DNA of 64,000 nt, taken from positions 1 to 64,000 of the forward strand of contig NIVC01003899.1 in the NCBI GenBank assembly GCA_002269645.1, given 5' to 3'. Within the stretch, counting starts at the first letter, position 1, and each line of letters starts with the position of its first letter. Below, piece by piece: positions 27,901 to 38,178 of the stretch. Origin of the DNA: Macrostomum lignano. Taxonomy: Eukaryota. The notes beneath the pieces are model-generated. The model saw only the letters and a list, made by a program, of their open reading frames with translations. It had not been told where the DNA came from and searched no databases. Made by a program: the position numbers and the translations under genes.

Positions 27901-30609
27901 GGGCTGGGTTCGAGATCGGGGAGGGTTGGCGACTCAGATTGCACTCAATTTAAAAAGCACCGCGCCTATACTGCCTTGAGACAGTTTCAATTAGGACTAA
28001 TGCAGTTTCTTAAATTTATAAATCTCACCCTTTAAGTATCAATCTCACTCATTAAATGTCAATCTTAACCATTAGATATCAATCTCATCCCTCAAATATC
28101 AATTTCACCCGTCAAATATCAATCACACCTCTAAGTATCAATCTCACCCCTCAAATATCAATCTCACCCCTCAAATATAAATCTCACCCCTCAAATATCA
28201 ATCTCACCCCTCAAATATAAATCTCACCCCTCAAATATCAATCTCACCCCTCAAATATAAATCTCACCCCTAAAATATCAATCTCACCCGTCAAATATCA
28301 TATCAATCACACCCCTTAAGTACCGATCTCATCCCTTAAATATCAATCTCACCTGTCAAATATCAATCACACCCGTCAAATATCAATCACACCCGTGAAA
28401 TATCAATCTCACCCTATAAATATTAATCTCACCCATTAAATATCAATGTCACCCATGAAATATCAATCTCAAACCTTTAGTGTTGATTTCACCCTCTAAA
28501 TATCAATCGCAACCTTCCCTAAACACCCACAGCTTCAGTACCTGCGTATGGGGCGCCAGCGTGAGCGCCAGGCGCGTCAGCGACTCGGCCACCCGAGCTC
28601 GAAAAGCCGGCTCGGTGACCCGATCCGGGGTCAGCGACGGCCAGACCTGGTCAAACATGCTGGCATTCCAGCCGCCGCCGCCCTTGACTGACAGATTTTC
28701 AACAACTTTGACAAGTTCAGACTGGCGCAGCGACTGGGCGCCGCTCCCCCCAGCCAGGTCGATGAGGTAGGCCGGGTCGCTGAACGGGGCGGCCAGCTCA
28801 ATGGACGGGCCGGTCTGGCGTCGGAGCTCGGCCAGGGTGAAGGCCAGCTGCGGTCGGCGCTGCTGCCGTTTCAGCTCGGCTAGGAGGCAGTTCCAGGAGG
28901 CGCTGGACAGGCCCAGCTGCTGAATGCCGCCGTTGCTGGGGCCGTTAGCTGACTCAACCGCGGTCCCATTCTTTCTCAACTGGCTCGAATAACCAGCTGG
29001 GGCGGCCGTTTCCAGGTAATCCATGTACATCTCAACGGCAGAACTCGCGCTGAACTCGTCGCGAGGAAATTCACAGTTGGCGAAGCAGGCGACGATGACG
29101 CGAGGCGCATAGTCGAACAGGCCGATGTCCTTGTGAATCTGGGCCAGCCAGTGGTAGGACTGGCGATGCGGGGGCGGGGTAGGCTATGTTTGATTAGGAG
29201 ATTTTGAGAGGGGATCATAGAGGGGAGATTTTCACTAGGGGGATAACAGAGGGGAGATTTTTACTAGGGGGATAACAGAGGGGAGATTTTTACTAGGGGG
29301 GATAACAGAGGAGAGATTTTCACTAGGGGGATAACAGAGGGAAGATTCTCACTAGAGGGGATAACAGAGGGGAGATTTTCACTAGGGGGATAACAGAGGG
29401 GAGATTTTCACTAGGGAGAGATAGCAGATGGGATATTTTCACTAGGGGGGATAACAGAGGGGAGATTTTCACTAGGGGGATAACAGAGGGGAGATTTTCA
29501 CTAGGGGGATAACAGAGGGGAGATTTTCACTAGGGAGAGATAGCAGATGGGATATTTTCACTAGGGGGGATAACAGAGGGGAGATTTTCACTAGGGGGAT
29601 AACAGAGGGGAGATTTTCACTAGGGGGATAACAGAGGGGAGATTTTCACTAGGGGGATAACAGAGGGGAGATTTTCACTAGGGGGGATAACAGAGGGGAG
29701 ATTTTCACTAGGGGGATAACAGAGTGGGATATTTTCACTAGGGGGGATAACAGAGGGGAGATTTTCACTAGGGGGATAACAGAGGGGAGATTTTCACTAG
29801 GGGGATAACAGAGGGGAGATTTTCACTAGGGGGGATAACAGAGGGGAGATTTTCACTAGGGGGGATAACAGAGGGGAGATTCTCACTAGGGGGGTAACAG
29901 AGTGGAGATTTTTCCTAGGGGGGGGGGTAACAGAGGGGAGATTTTGAAGGGGAGATTTTACTAGAAGGGATAACATAGGGGAGATTTTCACTAGGTGGAT
30001 AATATCCTAGGGGAGATTTTACATTTTGGGACACTAATGCTATAAGCAGTTAGACCCTTGGGCACATTTGCGTGTAAGCTACTGTCAGTTCAGTAGAAAG
30101 TTTAGTTAGAATAACTTTAATGTATTCCAGCTACTCATTTATTGGCCCTCTTAATCCCCAAGCCAAGCATAGCATTCCTCGGCATTCCAGCCTAAACTGC
30201 CGCGCACATTGTTAGTACCACTAGACGGTTTTTTACGCCTTCAAGCCGCTTACAGAGACAGACACTGCTCTGCCAGGCCAAGCCAATTAAAAGTTCAAAC
30301 TAAGCAACAGCAATCCAGCCTTACTCGCCAGTACTTCTTGTCGCATTTAAGCGCATTCAGGGCATCCTCGAACGCCGAATGCATTGCCGAGAGCTTGCGC
30401 CAACAGGCAGCCCTGTTGCACAGGACCTTAGCCTTGGCGGTCTTGTCCTTGGTAGTCTTGTCAATCAGGCCGACGCAGAAGGAGTAGAGCAGCAGAGCCG
30501 GGTGAAAGTCATCCCGGCGGAAATAATCGTTCCCTCTGTCGCGAAAGAATTTGTCATCAAATTGAAACTGCTGCTGCATGGCTAGGCCGGCTTGGGCATG
30601 AATGTACAT
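12423..30609 (-). CDS. TRANK1: TRANK1/LBA1-like giant TPR-ankyrin-SF1 (UvrD-type) helicase gene; 15 exons, ~2640 aa, 3' end unresolved
   Basis: Exons in transcript order: 30609-30325, 29183-28542, 27903-27171, 26376-26154, 25873-25612, 25025-24555, 24165-23698, 23013-22396, 21702-20899, 19774-19241, 18729-17539, 16824-16528, 15522-15136, 13839-13402, 12986-12423. All junctions are GT-AG and phase-compatible. Motifs seen: N-terminal TPRs, ankyrins (GNTCFH, GDTLLH, GNTLYH), WEIECT, GRSGTGKT, QLFVTKNPVLC, IFVDETQDF, TGDTAQSI, NYRSH, SKGLEFDDV, LYTAVTRAR. The motif order matches TRANK1 as I recall it. Confidence 0.88.
13030..13395. repeat. Intronic ~24-bp minisatellite (CTCCAGCATCGAGAATTCCCCACC)
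   Basis: Units start at 13201, 13225 and 13249. Confidence 0.9.
13402..13839 (-). CDS. TRANK1: TRANK1-like exon 14 (TPR/helical)
   Basis: Acceptor CTGCAG|GTG; VFDKSQNYIRAAE...YASE; donor GAG|GTAAAT; 438 nt. Confidence 0.82.
13935..15075. repeat. Intronic 23-bp minisatellite (ATCTACCAGAATCATCACCCGCT)
   Basis: Period 23 (e.g. 14101, 14124). Confidence 0.95.
15136..15522 (-). CDS. TRANK1: TRANK1-like exon 13 (TPR)
   Basis: Acceptor CTCAAG|GTC; TSSPEQWRAKGHEFY...LFDLAAKCYNRSGD; donor AGG|GTGAGC; 387 nt. Confidence 0.88.
15630..16490. repeat. Intronic 21-23-bp minisatellite (CTGTAGCTGGTTGTGCCCCCT)
   Basis: Tandem units with a variable C run. Confidence 0.95.
16528..16824 (-). CDS. TRANK1: TRANK1-like exon 12 (helicase motif VI; absent from the ORF track)
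   Basis: Acceptor TTCACAG|GAT; DWRVASAV...HKILNSVLKHLYTAVTRARVNVWIFDED...FFKTMQ; donor CAG|GTTAGC; 297 nt. Confidence 0.9.
16845..17465. repeat. Intronic 23-bp G-tract minisatellite (GGGTAGAGCGGGTAGACTAATTT)
   Basis: Period 23 (17041, 17064). Confidence 0.95.
17539..18729 (-). CDS. TRANK1: TRANK1-like exon 11 (helicase motifs II-V)
   Basis: Acceptor CGCTCAG|GTG; IFVDETQDF, TGDTAQSI, NYRSH, SKGLEFDDVLLYNFF; donor AAG|GTTAGA; 1191 nt. Confidence 0.92.
18910..19195. repeat. Intronic 32-bp minisatellite (TTATGACCAAATCTAGATGACCTTCAGTTCAG)
   Basis: Period 32 (18961, 18993). Confidence 0.93.
19241..19774 (-). CDS. TRANK1: TRANK1-like exon 10 (acidic insert, helicase motif Ia)
   Basis: HLRQLFVTKNPVLCREVRKNF...FQRNEDGSLAKK; donor AAG|GTGAGC. 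The acceptor position (CGAAG|GTC) is less certain. Confidence 0.82.
19995..20870. repeat. Intronic 27-bp minisatellite (ATGACTGACCCATTCTATGACCCACTG)
   Basis: Period 27 (20161, 20188); degenerate units extend left to ~19800. Confidence 0.95.
20899..21702 (-). CDS. TRANK1: TRANK1-like exon 9 (pre-helicase domain, Q-motif region, Walker A)
   Basis: Acceptor CTACAG|GTG; EQEHAII...VLLIGRSGTGKTTCC; donor CTG|GTGCGT; 804 nt. Confidence 0.88.
21727..22022 (+). mobile_element. tRNA-derived SINE in a TRANK1-like intron (antisense to the gene)
   Basis: Box A-like TGTAGCGT, box B GGTTCGATTCC, central CCTTGAGCAAGACACTTAAC...TTCAGTTCACCCAGCTGTA and (TTA)n tail. A homologous copy lies at 62997-63245. Confidence 0.85.
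22097..22181 (+). mobile_element. hAT (Charlie-like) transposon 5'-terminal fragment
   Basis: CAGGGGTCGGCAAA...GCCCGC...ATCCGGCCC resembles the typical hAT/Charlie end with CCGGCCC subterminal motifs. No partner TIR was found. Confidence 0.5.
22396..23013 (-). CDS. TRANK1: TRANK1-like exon 8 (acidic/poly-Q linker ending WEIECT)
   Basis: Acceptor CCCAAG|GCT; donor ACG|GTGAGG; 618 nt. Confidence 0.85.
23095..23680. repeat. Intronic 37-38-bp minisatellite (GATCGGTGGGATAAATCATTGGGGACAATGGGGATCCT)
   Basis: Period 38 (23461, 23499). Confidence 0.92.
23698..24165 (-). CDS. TRANK1: TRANK1-like exon 7 (ankyrin)
   Basis: Acceptor ACCAG|GAC; DRDGNTLYHTAA...ANPNLRNKARQTALQ; donor CAG|GTGAGC; 468 nt. 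Confidence 0.85.
24285..24505. repeat. Intronic 21-bp minisatellite (TCACATCCTGATAAGAGAATC)
   Basis: Tandem units; they translate as the 7-aa ILIRESH repeat in the ORF track. Confidence 0.93.
24555..25025 (-). CDS. TRANK1: TRANK1-like exon 6
   Basis: Acceptor TTTCTGCAG|CCG; PCEKSLEKHRNF...ASARLQ; donor CAG|GTGAGG; 471 nt. Confidence 0.8.
25045..25555. repeat. Intronic 27-bp minisatellite (TTCCGGTTCCGTCTATCCCAAAACTAC)
   Basis: Tandem units; they give a 9-aa periodicity in the ORF track. Confidence 0.93.
25612..25873 (-). CDS. TRANK1: TRANK1-like exon 5 (ankyrin end)
   Basis: Acceptor CCTGCAG|A; YGHVDPQALNKKGHKAVDY...AYLCQ; donor CAG|GTAACG; phase 2-0. Confidence 0.8.
25990..26115. repeat. 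Intronic 27-bp short minisatellite (GACTAATAGGCTACTCATAGTAGAGGT)
   Basis: Period 27 (26041, 26068); about 4-5 units. Confidence 0.85.
26154..26376 (-). CDS. TRANK1: TRANK1-like exon 4 (ankyrin)
   Basis: Acceptor CTCGCAG|GT; GHLGNTCFH...KTGDTLLHL; donor AG|GTGAGG; phase 1-2. Confidence 0.8.
26440..27110. repeat. Intronic 23-bp minisatellite (CAAGGTTAGAGATGGACCATTCT)
   Basis: Period 23 (26521, 26544); a variant block (AATGGTAGAGAATAGA) starts at ~26845. Confidence 0.95.
27171..27903 (-). CDS. TRANK1: TRANK1-like exon 3 (TPR-like helical)
   Basis: Acceptor CCCAG|CCC; PGYKIGSCY...LEPSSSLT; donor G|GTGAGG; 733 nt, phase 0-1. Confidence 0.75.
28020..28510. repeat. Intronic 20-bp minisatellite (TCAAATATCAATCTCACCCC)
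   Basis: Period 20 (28141, 28161). Confidence 0.92.
28542..29183 (-). CDS. TRANK1: TRANK1-like exon 2
   Basis: Acceptor CATAG|CCT; open frame PTPPPHRQSYHWLAQ...LTLAPHTQ; donor CAG|GTACTG; 642 nt, phase 0-0. Confidence 0.75.
29205..30020. repeat. Intronic ~29-bp minisatellite (GGGGAGATTTTCACTAGGGGGATAACAGA)
   Basis: Period 29 (29461, 29490). Confidence 0.95.
30325..30609 (-). CDS. TRANK1: TRANK1-like exon 1 (TPR)
   Basis: RGNDYFRRDDFHPALLLYS...VLCNRAACWRKLSAMHSAFEDALNALKCDKKYWR; donor CGA|GTAAGG. The start may instead be the ATG at 30579. Confidence 0.8.
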
Positions 30610-33600
30610 TTAAGCCACGTATTTTAGTGACAGTCTGACTGATTTGAATTATGCTTTCTATAAATCAGGCTAATGATATTTTCCATGGCCAATATCATAG
30701 TCGGTGCAGTCAGGACTTACAATGCCTTAAAATTGGGAATACTTTATTGATTTTTAGCATGTCAAGCGCCGAGCATGTCCATTTAGCATGGAAGTAAAGT
30801 TTGGAAAGTAATAAATTCAATAGAACTAAGATAACATATAGAACAAATATGTAAGAATCTGATATCCTTTACAGTGTTGTCTACTATCTAAAATGATCTG
30901 AAAAATGAACATACTTTGAAATTTTATTTGTAGCCATGTAGCCAGTTAGCTAGCTAGACTGACTGCTCTAAGTGAAAGTACCAATTTACCTTTGATTGGG
31001 CAACATCTCACTTTATCACTTACTATACATTATACCTAAGTAAATTATGCCACCTCTCTTCACTTTACTTAACTTAGCCTCACCCTATGTGCCCAAAATA
31101 GTTAATTTACTTATTAATTTTTATAAAAAAAGAAAAAAAATTGTTATTTGACCTAAATTGATCTAATTATTTTGCTTTTAATTGATGTAAATATGAAGTA
31201 TTTCTCATATTTTATATAAAAGTACACAACTATTTCATAAATTTCAAAGAAATTTTATTTGTTTATATTTTCAAAATTTCAATTGTATCACTAGCAAACT
31301 ATCAGACTATTTGGCAAATTGAATTTTTTTGGAAGTTATAGGAAGTTATAGGAACTTTTTGGAAGTTATAGAAGTCTAATAAGTATTAAAAAATATTGGC
31401 TTATTGTCGAATGATTATTACCCAAAAGGTATTGCCAATAGTATACAAGCATTATATTGAGCATTATTTTTTGCTCAATTCAAGGCTGCCTAGTGAAATT
31501 TTTTAAATATATGTTATTGTTCTTCTGGTCTCTCACTTTTATGGGTCTATGTCTATTTCACATATCAATGTGAGAGCCAAATAACTGAGGCAGCAGATTC
31601 AACTGACTTTTCCTGATGATGCAAACACTTGATGGTAACTTACTGACCATTGTATTTGATGGTCACAATCTTGAGATGTTATCTTACAAAATATAATATC
31701 TAAGATGGAACTCCAAATAAGAAGCTCATTTTGTTCAAATTCCAAGGAGTTTCTAATTGTTTGGGTGAACTGAAGGTTCAGTCTATTGTGGAACGTGGGT
31801 TGGTTGTTGTTTTGGTTTTAGTGAGTCAATTTATCAGTTTTAGTATTTGGGTTGAGACCCTAACTGCGTCAATCAAAAGTAGTCAGAGTAGGTATGTTAG
31901 AGTAGTGAGAAGGGAAAAGAGAAGACAACAGGGAGGCGAGGTGAGCTTCTTAGCTTCTTGCTTGGTTAACATGGGTTTTTATAGTACTTTTCAGTCTTAA
32001 TCACATTGGATGGTACATAACTGCTTTTCATTGGTTGAGGTTGGGGTTGTGTCCTCAGCTTTTGCTAGTTGGAGCACATTCATTGGTTAAAATACATTCA
32101 ATCTAGATGGAAACTTTCTAGAGCCAAAATATGTCACTTCACTAGCAATATGTTGCCAACTTACCCAAAAGTGGTTGGCAAAAGTTAGGGTCTATGACTA
32201 AAACAAATCTTGTAGCTGCTGTCTTAAAACTCTGTACTTGATCAGCTCTACTTGTGGCTTTCTTCTAAGTGAACATAGAAGCATTATGCAGTATGTATTT
32301 CTATGGCCAATGGTATGCAAACAAATACATGCTGTTTATAACAAGAAGCCCTTATAAAAATTGGACTCCTGTGGTATAAAAGCTAAAATAAGCCACTAAC
32401 TTTTAAGGCATAAGATTTTTTAATACATATTAAAACTTGTACAAGCAAGCAAAAGTGACATTACAACTAGGATATTCTGTGTAAAATAGTAAAATAGCAA
32501 TGTTAAAATAGTTTTTTACTATAAAATAAAAATATTAGAATAACAAAAATTAATTATTTTTGACTTTTGATTTTTTTCATTGCCTTAGGATTGATAACAA
32601 TTGTTACTTTATTTCTCATTATTTGAGTGGGCCTAATATGTCCAACACTGCCTAGAAAATATAAAACATTTATATAAAGATCTTTACCCATAAAGTCAAA
32701 GATCTTTATATGTAAAATGTATATTATAGGCCTAGTCCAAATCTATAAATTGCCAATACTATGCTAATGTTGGCAGTGGGGTTGCCATGGTAAAATTTCA
32801 TTTTTGAATAATTATTTTTTTAACTTTTAAATTGGTGCCATATTTTTAAACACCCAACTTGTGCAGCCAACCAAGGTCCAGTCTATGACCTCACCCTTCC
32901 TTTTGTTGGTCCACATGCTGGCAACTTGTTTCTCTAGTTCTGGTTGGCATGAATTTCACCTGATGATTTCTCATTTTTTGCATGTATTTCTGTTATTTTT
33001 TGGTGTTTGACCATTGATTGGCCCATATATTGGTAAGACTAGGCCCCACACATTGGAATCTTTATATGTTTCAATTATAAATAACCTCCACTCTGTTCTA
33101 TTTTTCTTTATTTTCTCCCTTCTGTTTTGTTCTGCTTTCCTGTTTGTATTGCTCTGTTGTTTCCTGTAGTTATCCATGTTTTTGTTTTTGTTTCATTTTT
33201 GATTATTACCTTTGCTTGTATCAAACTAGTTTAGTGCAACCGTTTCTTTAATTTTTAAGTTTATTTAGCACCTCGGCGCCTGCAAAATTTATCCATCATT
33301 AAATTAATCTATTGAACAATAGAAGGATAATTACCATTTCAACTTAAGCCTGCATTAATAAAAACTACTAACAAATTTAATCAATTAATATTTATTCATT
33401 GATGTTAAGCCATAGCCTATCTTGATTCATTTGTCCGCGGGGCATAAAATAACCAAAGTTCTTGGCTCAAAGAAAGATCAAAGACTTAATTCGTTCTATA
33501 ATATGAAAATTACAGTGGTGGCAGCAACTACCCTACTGAAAGTAACAAGCTGGACAAGTCAATGCATTAGATTATGGTGTCAATCTCTGGTTTTTATTAT

Positions 33601-33627
33601 TTGAAAAACTATACTACTATACAACTG

Positions 33628-34237
33628 CCATAGTGTAGATCATGTAGTGCACGCGAGAATTTTCCCACGTGCATTTTTAAAAGTGGCGTGCACCGGCGTG
33701 CAATTAGGTAAGTGGTGTGCATTTGGCATGCATAATGCACACTATATAAATACACTGGCGTGCCTGGTATGCGCCACATGCCGTGTGCCTGGCACCTGAT
33801 GTGGCAAAGCTGCCAATGCAATGGTAAGCAGACATAAAATATGTATTATTGTATTTAACTTTTGAAAAAAACTATTGTAAATAAACAGTGTATAAGACTG
33901 TTAAATAAATTAATGTATAAGAAATACACGTTTTTAAAGATATATCATTTCTTTTGTACATCGTTTGTTGCTTTGTTTTACACAATGCAATTTAAAATAC
34001 ATTTTTTGTCTTCAATTTGAATTTGAATTTATCGTTTATTGTATTGAATCTATTGATTAATCATCAATCATATTCATAAGTTGTGATATCAAGTATTTGT
34101 TTAGATAAATACAATTATACAATTCTATATACAATTCAATCGGCATGCATCGGTGTGCATTTGCTTGTCGTCGGCATGCTTTTGGGAATTAGCTTTGGGT
34201 CGTTTCTTGCGTGCACTTAGCATGATCTACACTATGG
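33628..34237. mobile_element. 610-bp non-autonomous DNA transposon (MITE) with ~33-bp TIRs and an 8-bp TSD (hAT/P-type)
   Basis: Left end CCATAGTGTAGATCATGTAGTGCACGCGAGAA; right end TTCTTGCGTGCACTTAGCATGATCTACACTATGG; TACAACTG on both sides (33620-33627 and 34238-34245). Confidence 0.9.
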
Positions 34238-35639
34238 TACAACTGCTCCGCTACAATTACAACTACCCTCTCCCTGGACTTGAGAACCCAGCAGCCAGAG
34301 TAAAACAAAAGAAAGAATTTTGTTAAGATTTGTCTGCACAATTTTTCCAGATTTATTTGTGCGAACCCTATGCCAGCAGCAATTGAAACATGGAACCCAC
34401 CTTATCTCATTTGTGTTAGCATCTAATAACAAGACAACCAACCTCTAAGAAAACTTTCTTTTCCCATCTCACTAATATGAAATTGATTTTGCTATAGCAA
34501 ATTTTTTATTACATTGTCAATGATATAGATATTTTTATATATAGTTTAAAAATAGGTAAAGATTTATAAATTATAATAGTCTATTTAATCCTATAAATAA
34601 TAGGTTAGGGGGCCTAGCCTAGGGGTCTATGACTCTATGTTAATGAATAAAGTCAAGAAACTATTCAAGAATTGGTATACTAGATTTGGAACTAATAGAC
34701 CTACATTAAATATACCTATGGCTATAGGCAACTTGCTTATAAGTAGGCCTATAACAAACTATAAATTGCCTAAGCTAATAGTCTCAATACCAAAGCAAGG
34801 CAACATCATAATAGGCCTATATTATGGGTGGTGGTTATTTTTATGGCTGAGCCATAGATATAGCCCAAATACTAATTTTTATGGCTGGCTGTAGAAATTT
34901 CAAGTTGTTATAATTATGACTGAGCCATATTATAGGCTTATATTATATATATTAACTGGACTGCCTGTCACTGTGTCAGTTATTGCTAATAAATTAATAA
35001 AGAAGTAAAGAATTATGCTTTCTTGAATTTAATGGGGCGTAGGAACTTAGGAAGTATAAATAACAGCAAATACAAGCATAACATAAAAATAACATACAGC
35101 CATCATCTACCATGCAACTCAGTCTTGACCAAAAACGCAACAAAGTTTCAGTTGCTCCTGTAAAGAAAATAAGAGAAAATTATCTAACTTGAGTTAAAAC
35201 GAAAACAAACACTCCAAGTAGGGCACAGGGGCCCAAATGGTTATATTGTCTTGTCTCTTGATATCACAGTTACCAGCGGACGCTTGAGATGCATTGAGGA
35301 TGATGAGATCGATTTAACTTGATAAGTTGCGCACGCATTTTTTGAATCATCACATTTTTCGCTTTCTATATGTAATCTCATAAATTTATTAGAATTAAGA
35401 ACATACTTTTGCCGACGAATTCTTCAAACGTTTAGATAAGATTTCGTGGCTCTACAAAGTGCGAACTATATAGTTTTTGTTTTAACTGATAACTTTTGCT
35501 CGACATTAAGCAAATTGTATTGAGCTACGAATCTTATAACAGGGACTGACATACTACTGTATGTAGGACTGTTATTAGAAAGATAAGATGGATAGATGGA
35601 TTTATTTTAGATGGATAGACAGATAGATCTCTGCTTGGG

Positions 35640-37440
35640 ATAAGCTCGAATTGACGCCTGCCGAGCTGAGCGAGGTACATGTAGCATAACCATAATGCTC
35701 TGACGGGGCGAAAGCAGCGCATTCCGCTAAACCTGGCAGGCGACTCTGCGGACGGGCGTGGGAACGAGGTACATGAGTCCTTCGCCACCATTGTCAACGC
35801 GCCGCTATCCCCGCTGCCAGACAGTCTGACGCTGCCGCCGGAGATGCCGTTGCCGGCGGAGAGTTTCAGCCTAGCACCAGTCAGCACAGCCGACGTTGTG
35901 AGAAGTCCTTGTGTGAGGCTCGCCCAACAGTCACCGGGCGGGAAAGCGCTGGGTCCGGACGAGGTGCCCATCGAGGCGCTGCGCATCCACTGTGTGGCCA
36001 GTGAGGTCGCCAGTGATTAATCGCAGGCTCTTCGGTGAGGATCGAGGCACCTAACGAATGGACCACGGCGCACATCGTCGCAGTTCCTAAGAAACCGGGC
36101 ATCACGATCAGGCTTGAGGAGCATCGAGGTATCTGCCTTCAGTCCTGCTCTGCGAATTTGTTCAACCGGATGCTGTTATCGCGGTTGCAGCCCGTGCTGG
36201 ATCCGCGTACCTGCGTCCTGAGCAGATCGGCTTCCGGCCCCATCGCGGCACAGCTAGTGACGCAGATCCTGGCTCTTCGGCGAGTCATCGAGGAAGCACA
36301 GATACGCCAGTCGATCCTATTGTTATCTTCATAGATTTCAAGAAAGCATTCGACTCGGTCGTCAGGTCTGAGCTCCCAAGGGTGCTCCGTGCGTACAACG
36401 TGCCAGAGGAGCTGATTTCCGCCATCATGGCGATGTACCGTGATACGAAAGCTGCTGTTTAAACACAAGACGGCCTATCGGACTTCTTTGAGACATCCTC
36501 CGGGGTGCTTCAGAGAGATACGCTTGCGCCATTCCTGTTCGTTCTGATGCTTGACTGGGTGCTGCGGACCGCTCTTCCTACCAACGACGACAACTTTCTG
36601 TTGAGGCGACGCGTGGGTCGACGTCAACCGGAGAGGCGGCTCAGCGTGCTTGGCTACGCCGACGACCTCGCCCTGCTGTCCTCAACTGTCGAGGGCGCCC
36701 AGCGACAACTGGACAAGCTAGTTGCTGTTGGGCAAGTGTCGACCTGGTGGTCAACACGTAGAAGACCGTCATGCTCTGCGTGCCGGACGACATCGAGGCT
36801 GCGATTTTGAGACGAGGTGCTGATGGACGGGCAACAGAGCTTCCGCGTTGTCAGCAGTTCGTCTACCTCGGCGGTCTGGTTCCCGGCGTGTGCGAGGATT
36901 TGCGGCGTCGACGCGGGCTTGCCTGGGCTGCCTTTCGTTCTGTGAGGGCAGTCGTGCAGTCCGAGGCCTTACCTGACCACCAGAGGGCGGCGTCGTTCCA
37001 GGTGGTGATCGAGACCGTCCTGCTGTACAACGCCGAGACCTGGACGCTGACGGAGTAGCTCGAACAACAAGTTGACGCGGCGCACGCTGGCCTGCTGCGC
37101 GCCGCCTTCAAGATCGGCTACGAGCGAGTGACCAACGCGGCTTTGTATCACCGCGCCGGCCTGGTCCGTCCAAGCAGCGACCTGTTGCGCCGTCGGCGAC
37201 TCCAGCTGGCAGGCCAAATCATCCGCGCCGAGTCGTACTGCCCAGAGCCGGTGCAGGAGGTGCTGCTGCTAACGCTGCAGTCACCCTACCGGCGGGTGCA
37301 GGCGCGCACTCGGCGTTTCGTCGATTTCCTGCTGGCTGACGCCGGCGCCCCGGATTCGGCCGGCGGCGTGGCGTTCATTCGCGACCTGCCCTTAAGGCGC
37401 GCCCAGTGACGCTAATCGCGTATTCTGTTGTTGCATAACC
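35640..37440 (+). mobile_element. Decayed, 5'-truncated non-LTR retrotransposon (RTE/RTEX-like reverse transcriptase)
   Basis: RT motifs spread over shifted frames: KALGPDEVP, WTTAHIVAVPKK, IDFKKAFDSV, GVLQRDTLAPFLF, GYADDLALL, FVYLG, LLYNAETWTLT. Frameshifts and stops are present. Confidence 0.9.
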
Positions 37441-38178
37441 ATCATAAACTTCCTCTTCGCAAAACAGATGGGTGGGAAATCTGCTTGCAGTTATTAGGGT
37501 TACTACCTATGACATGGGCATACTTGTCAAATGTACAAGTAGTCTAAGGAGCTTTTATCCTCATAATTCAATCAAATGGAAACGATGAACTAACATAGAA
37601 ATATTTTCAAATTTGGGTCTTATGGTCGGATATTCTATATAGGTTCTTAATTAAAAGCATGTGAGGCATTATTTTTTCCAAACTTTACTGATCAAATATC
37701 TGTAATGATGAAATAAAGATGGGTAATATTATGCACTTATGTGACATGAAAGTGCCAATTTTCCATGAACTAAGGTGGATCTGCAGCTGCATGATGCATG
37801 CGTGACAAGGACTACTCTCAAGTACTCAAAGCATGGTTTGCATGGTTTGTGCGTTCGTACATGATGAACGTGCATTCAATGTGGGGTGCAGACCACATAT
37901 ACGATCAGCGCCCATGCGGGACAGCGACCCTACATGTAGCTGTACATATATGCAAAATTTAAGTTTTTTACTAATTCACTACTCACAAAATCGCAAACAT
38001 CTCAAGACAGGCCTGGTGTTGCGTTGATATATATATAGGGAGCACATCCGGATCGACATGCGTCAGGCTAAGGGTTTTTTTAAACGAATAATGAAAGTAG
38101 AACCGTTATCACATAGGGCCTCAAATACGAAATTGACTCTTTAAATAGCGCGTTTCCCATATCCATTAAAACTGCTTT

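Noticed and set aside
30650-35550. Exon-like patches in the AT-rich region (~31600-31760, ~32860-32970, ~34250-34450)
   Set aside because: The frames are short, carry no recognisable motif and form no consistent splice chain. They may be decayed transposon or UTR sequence but cannot be supported.
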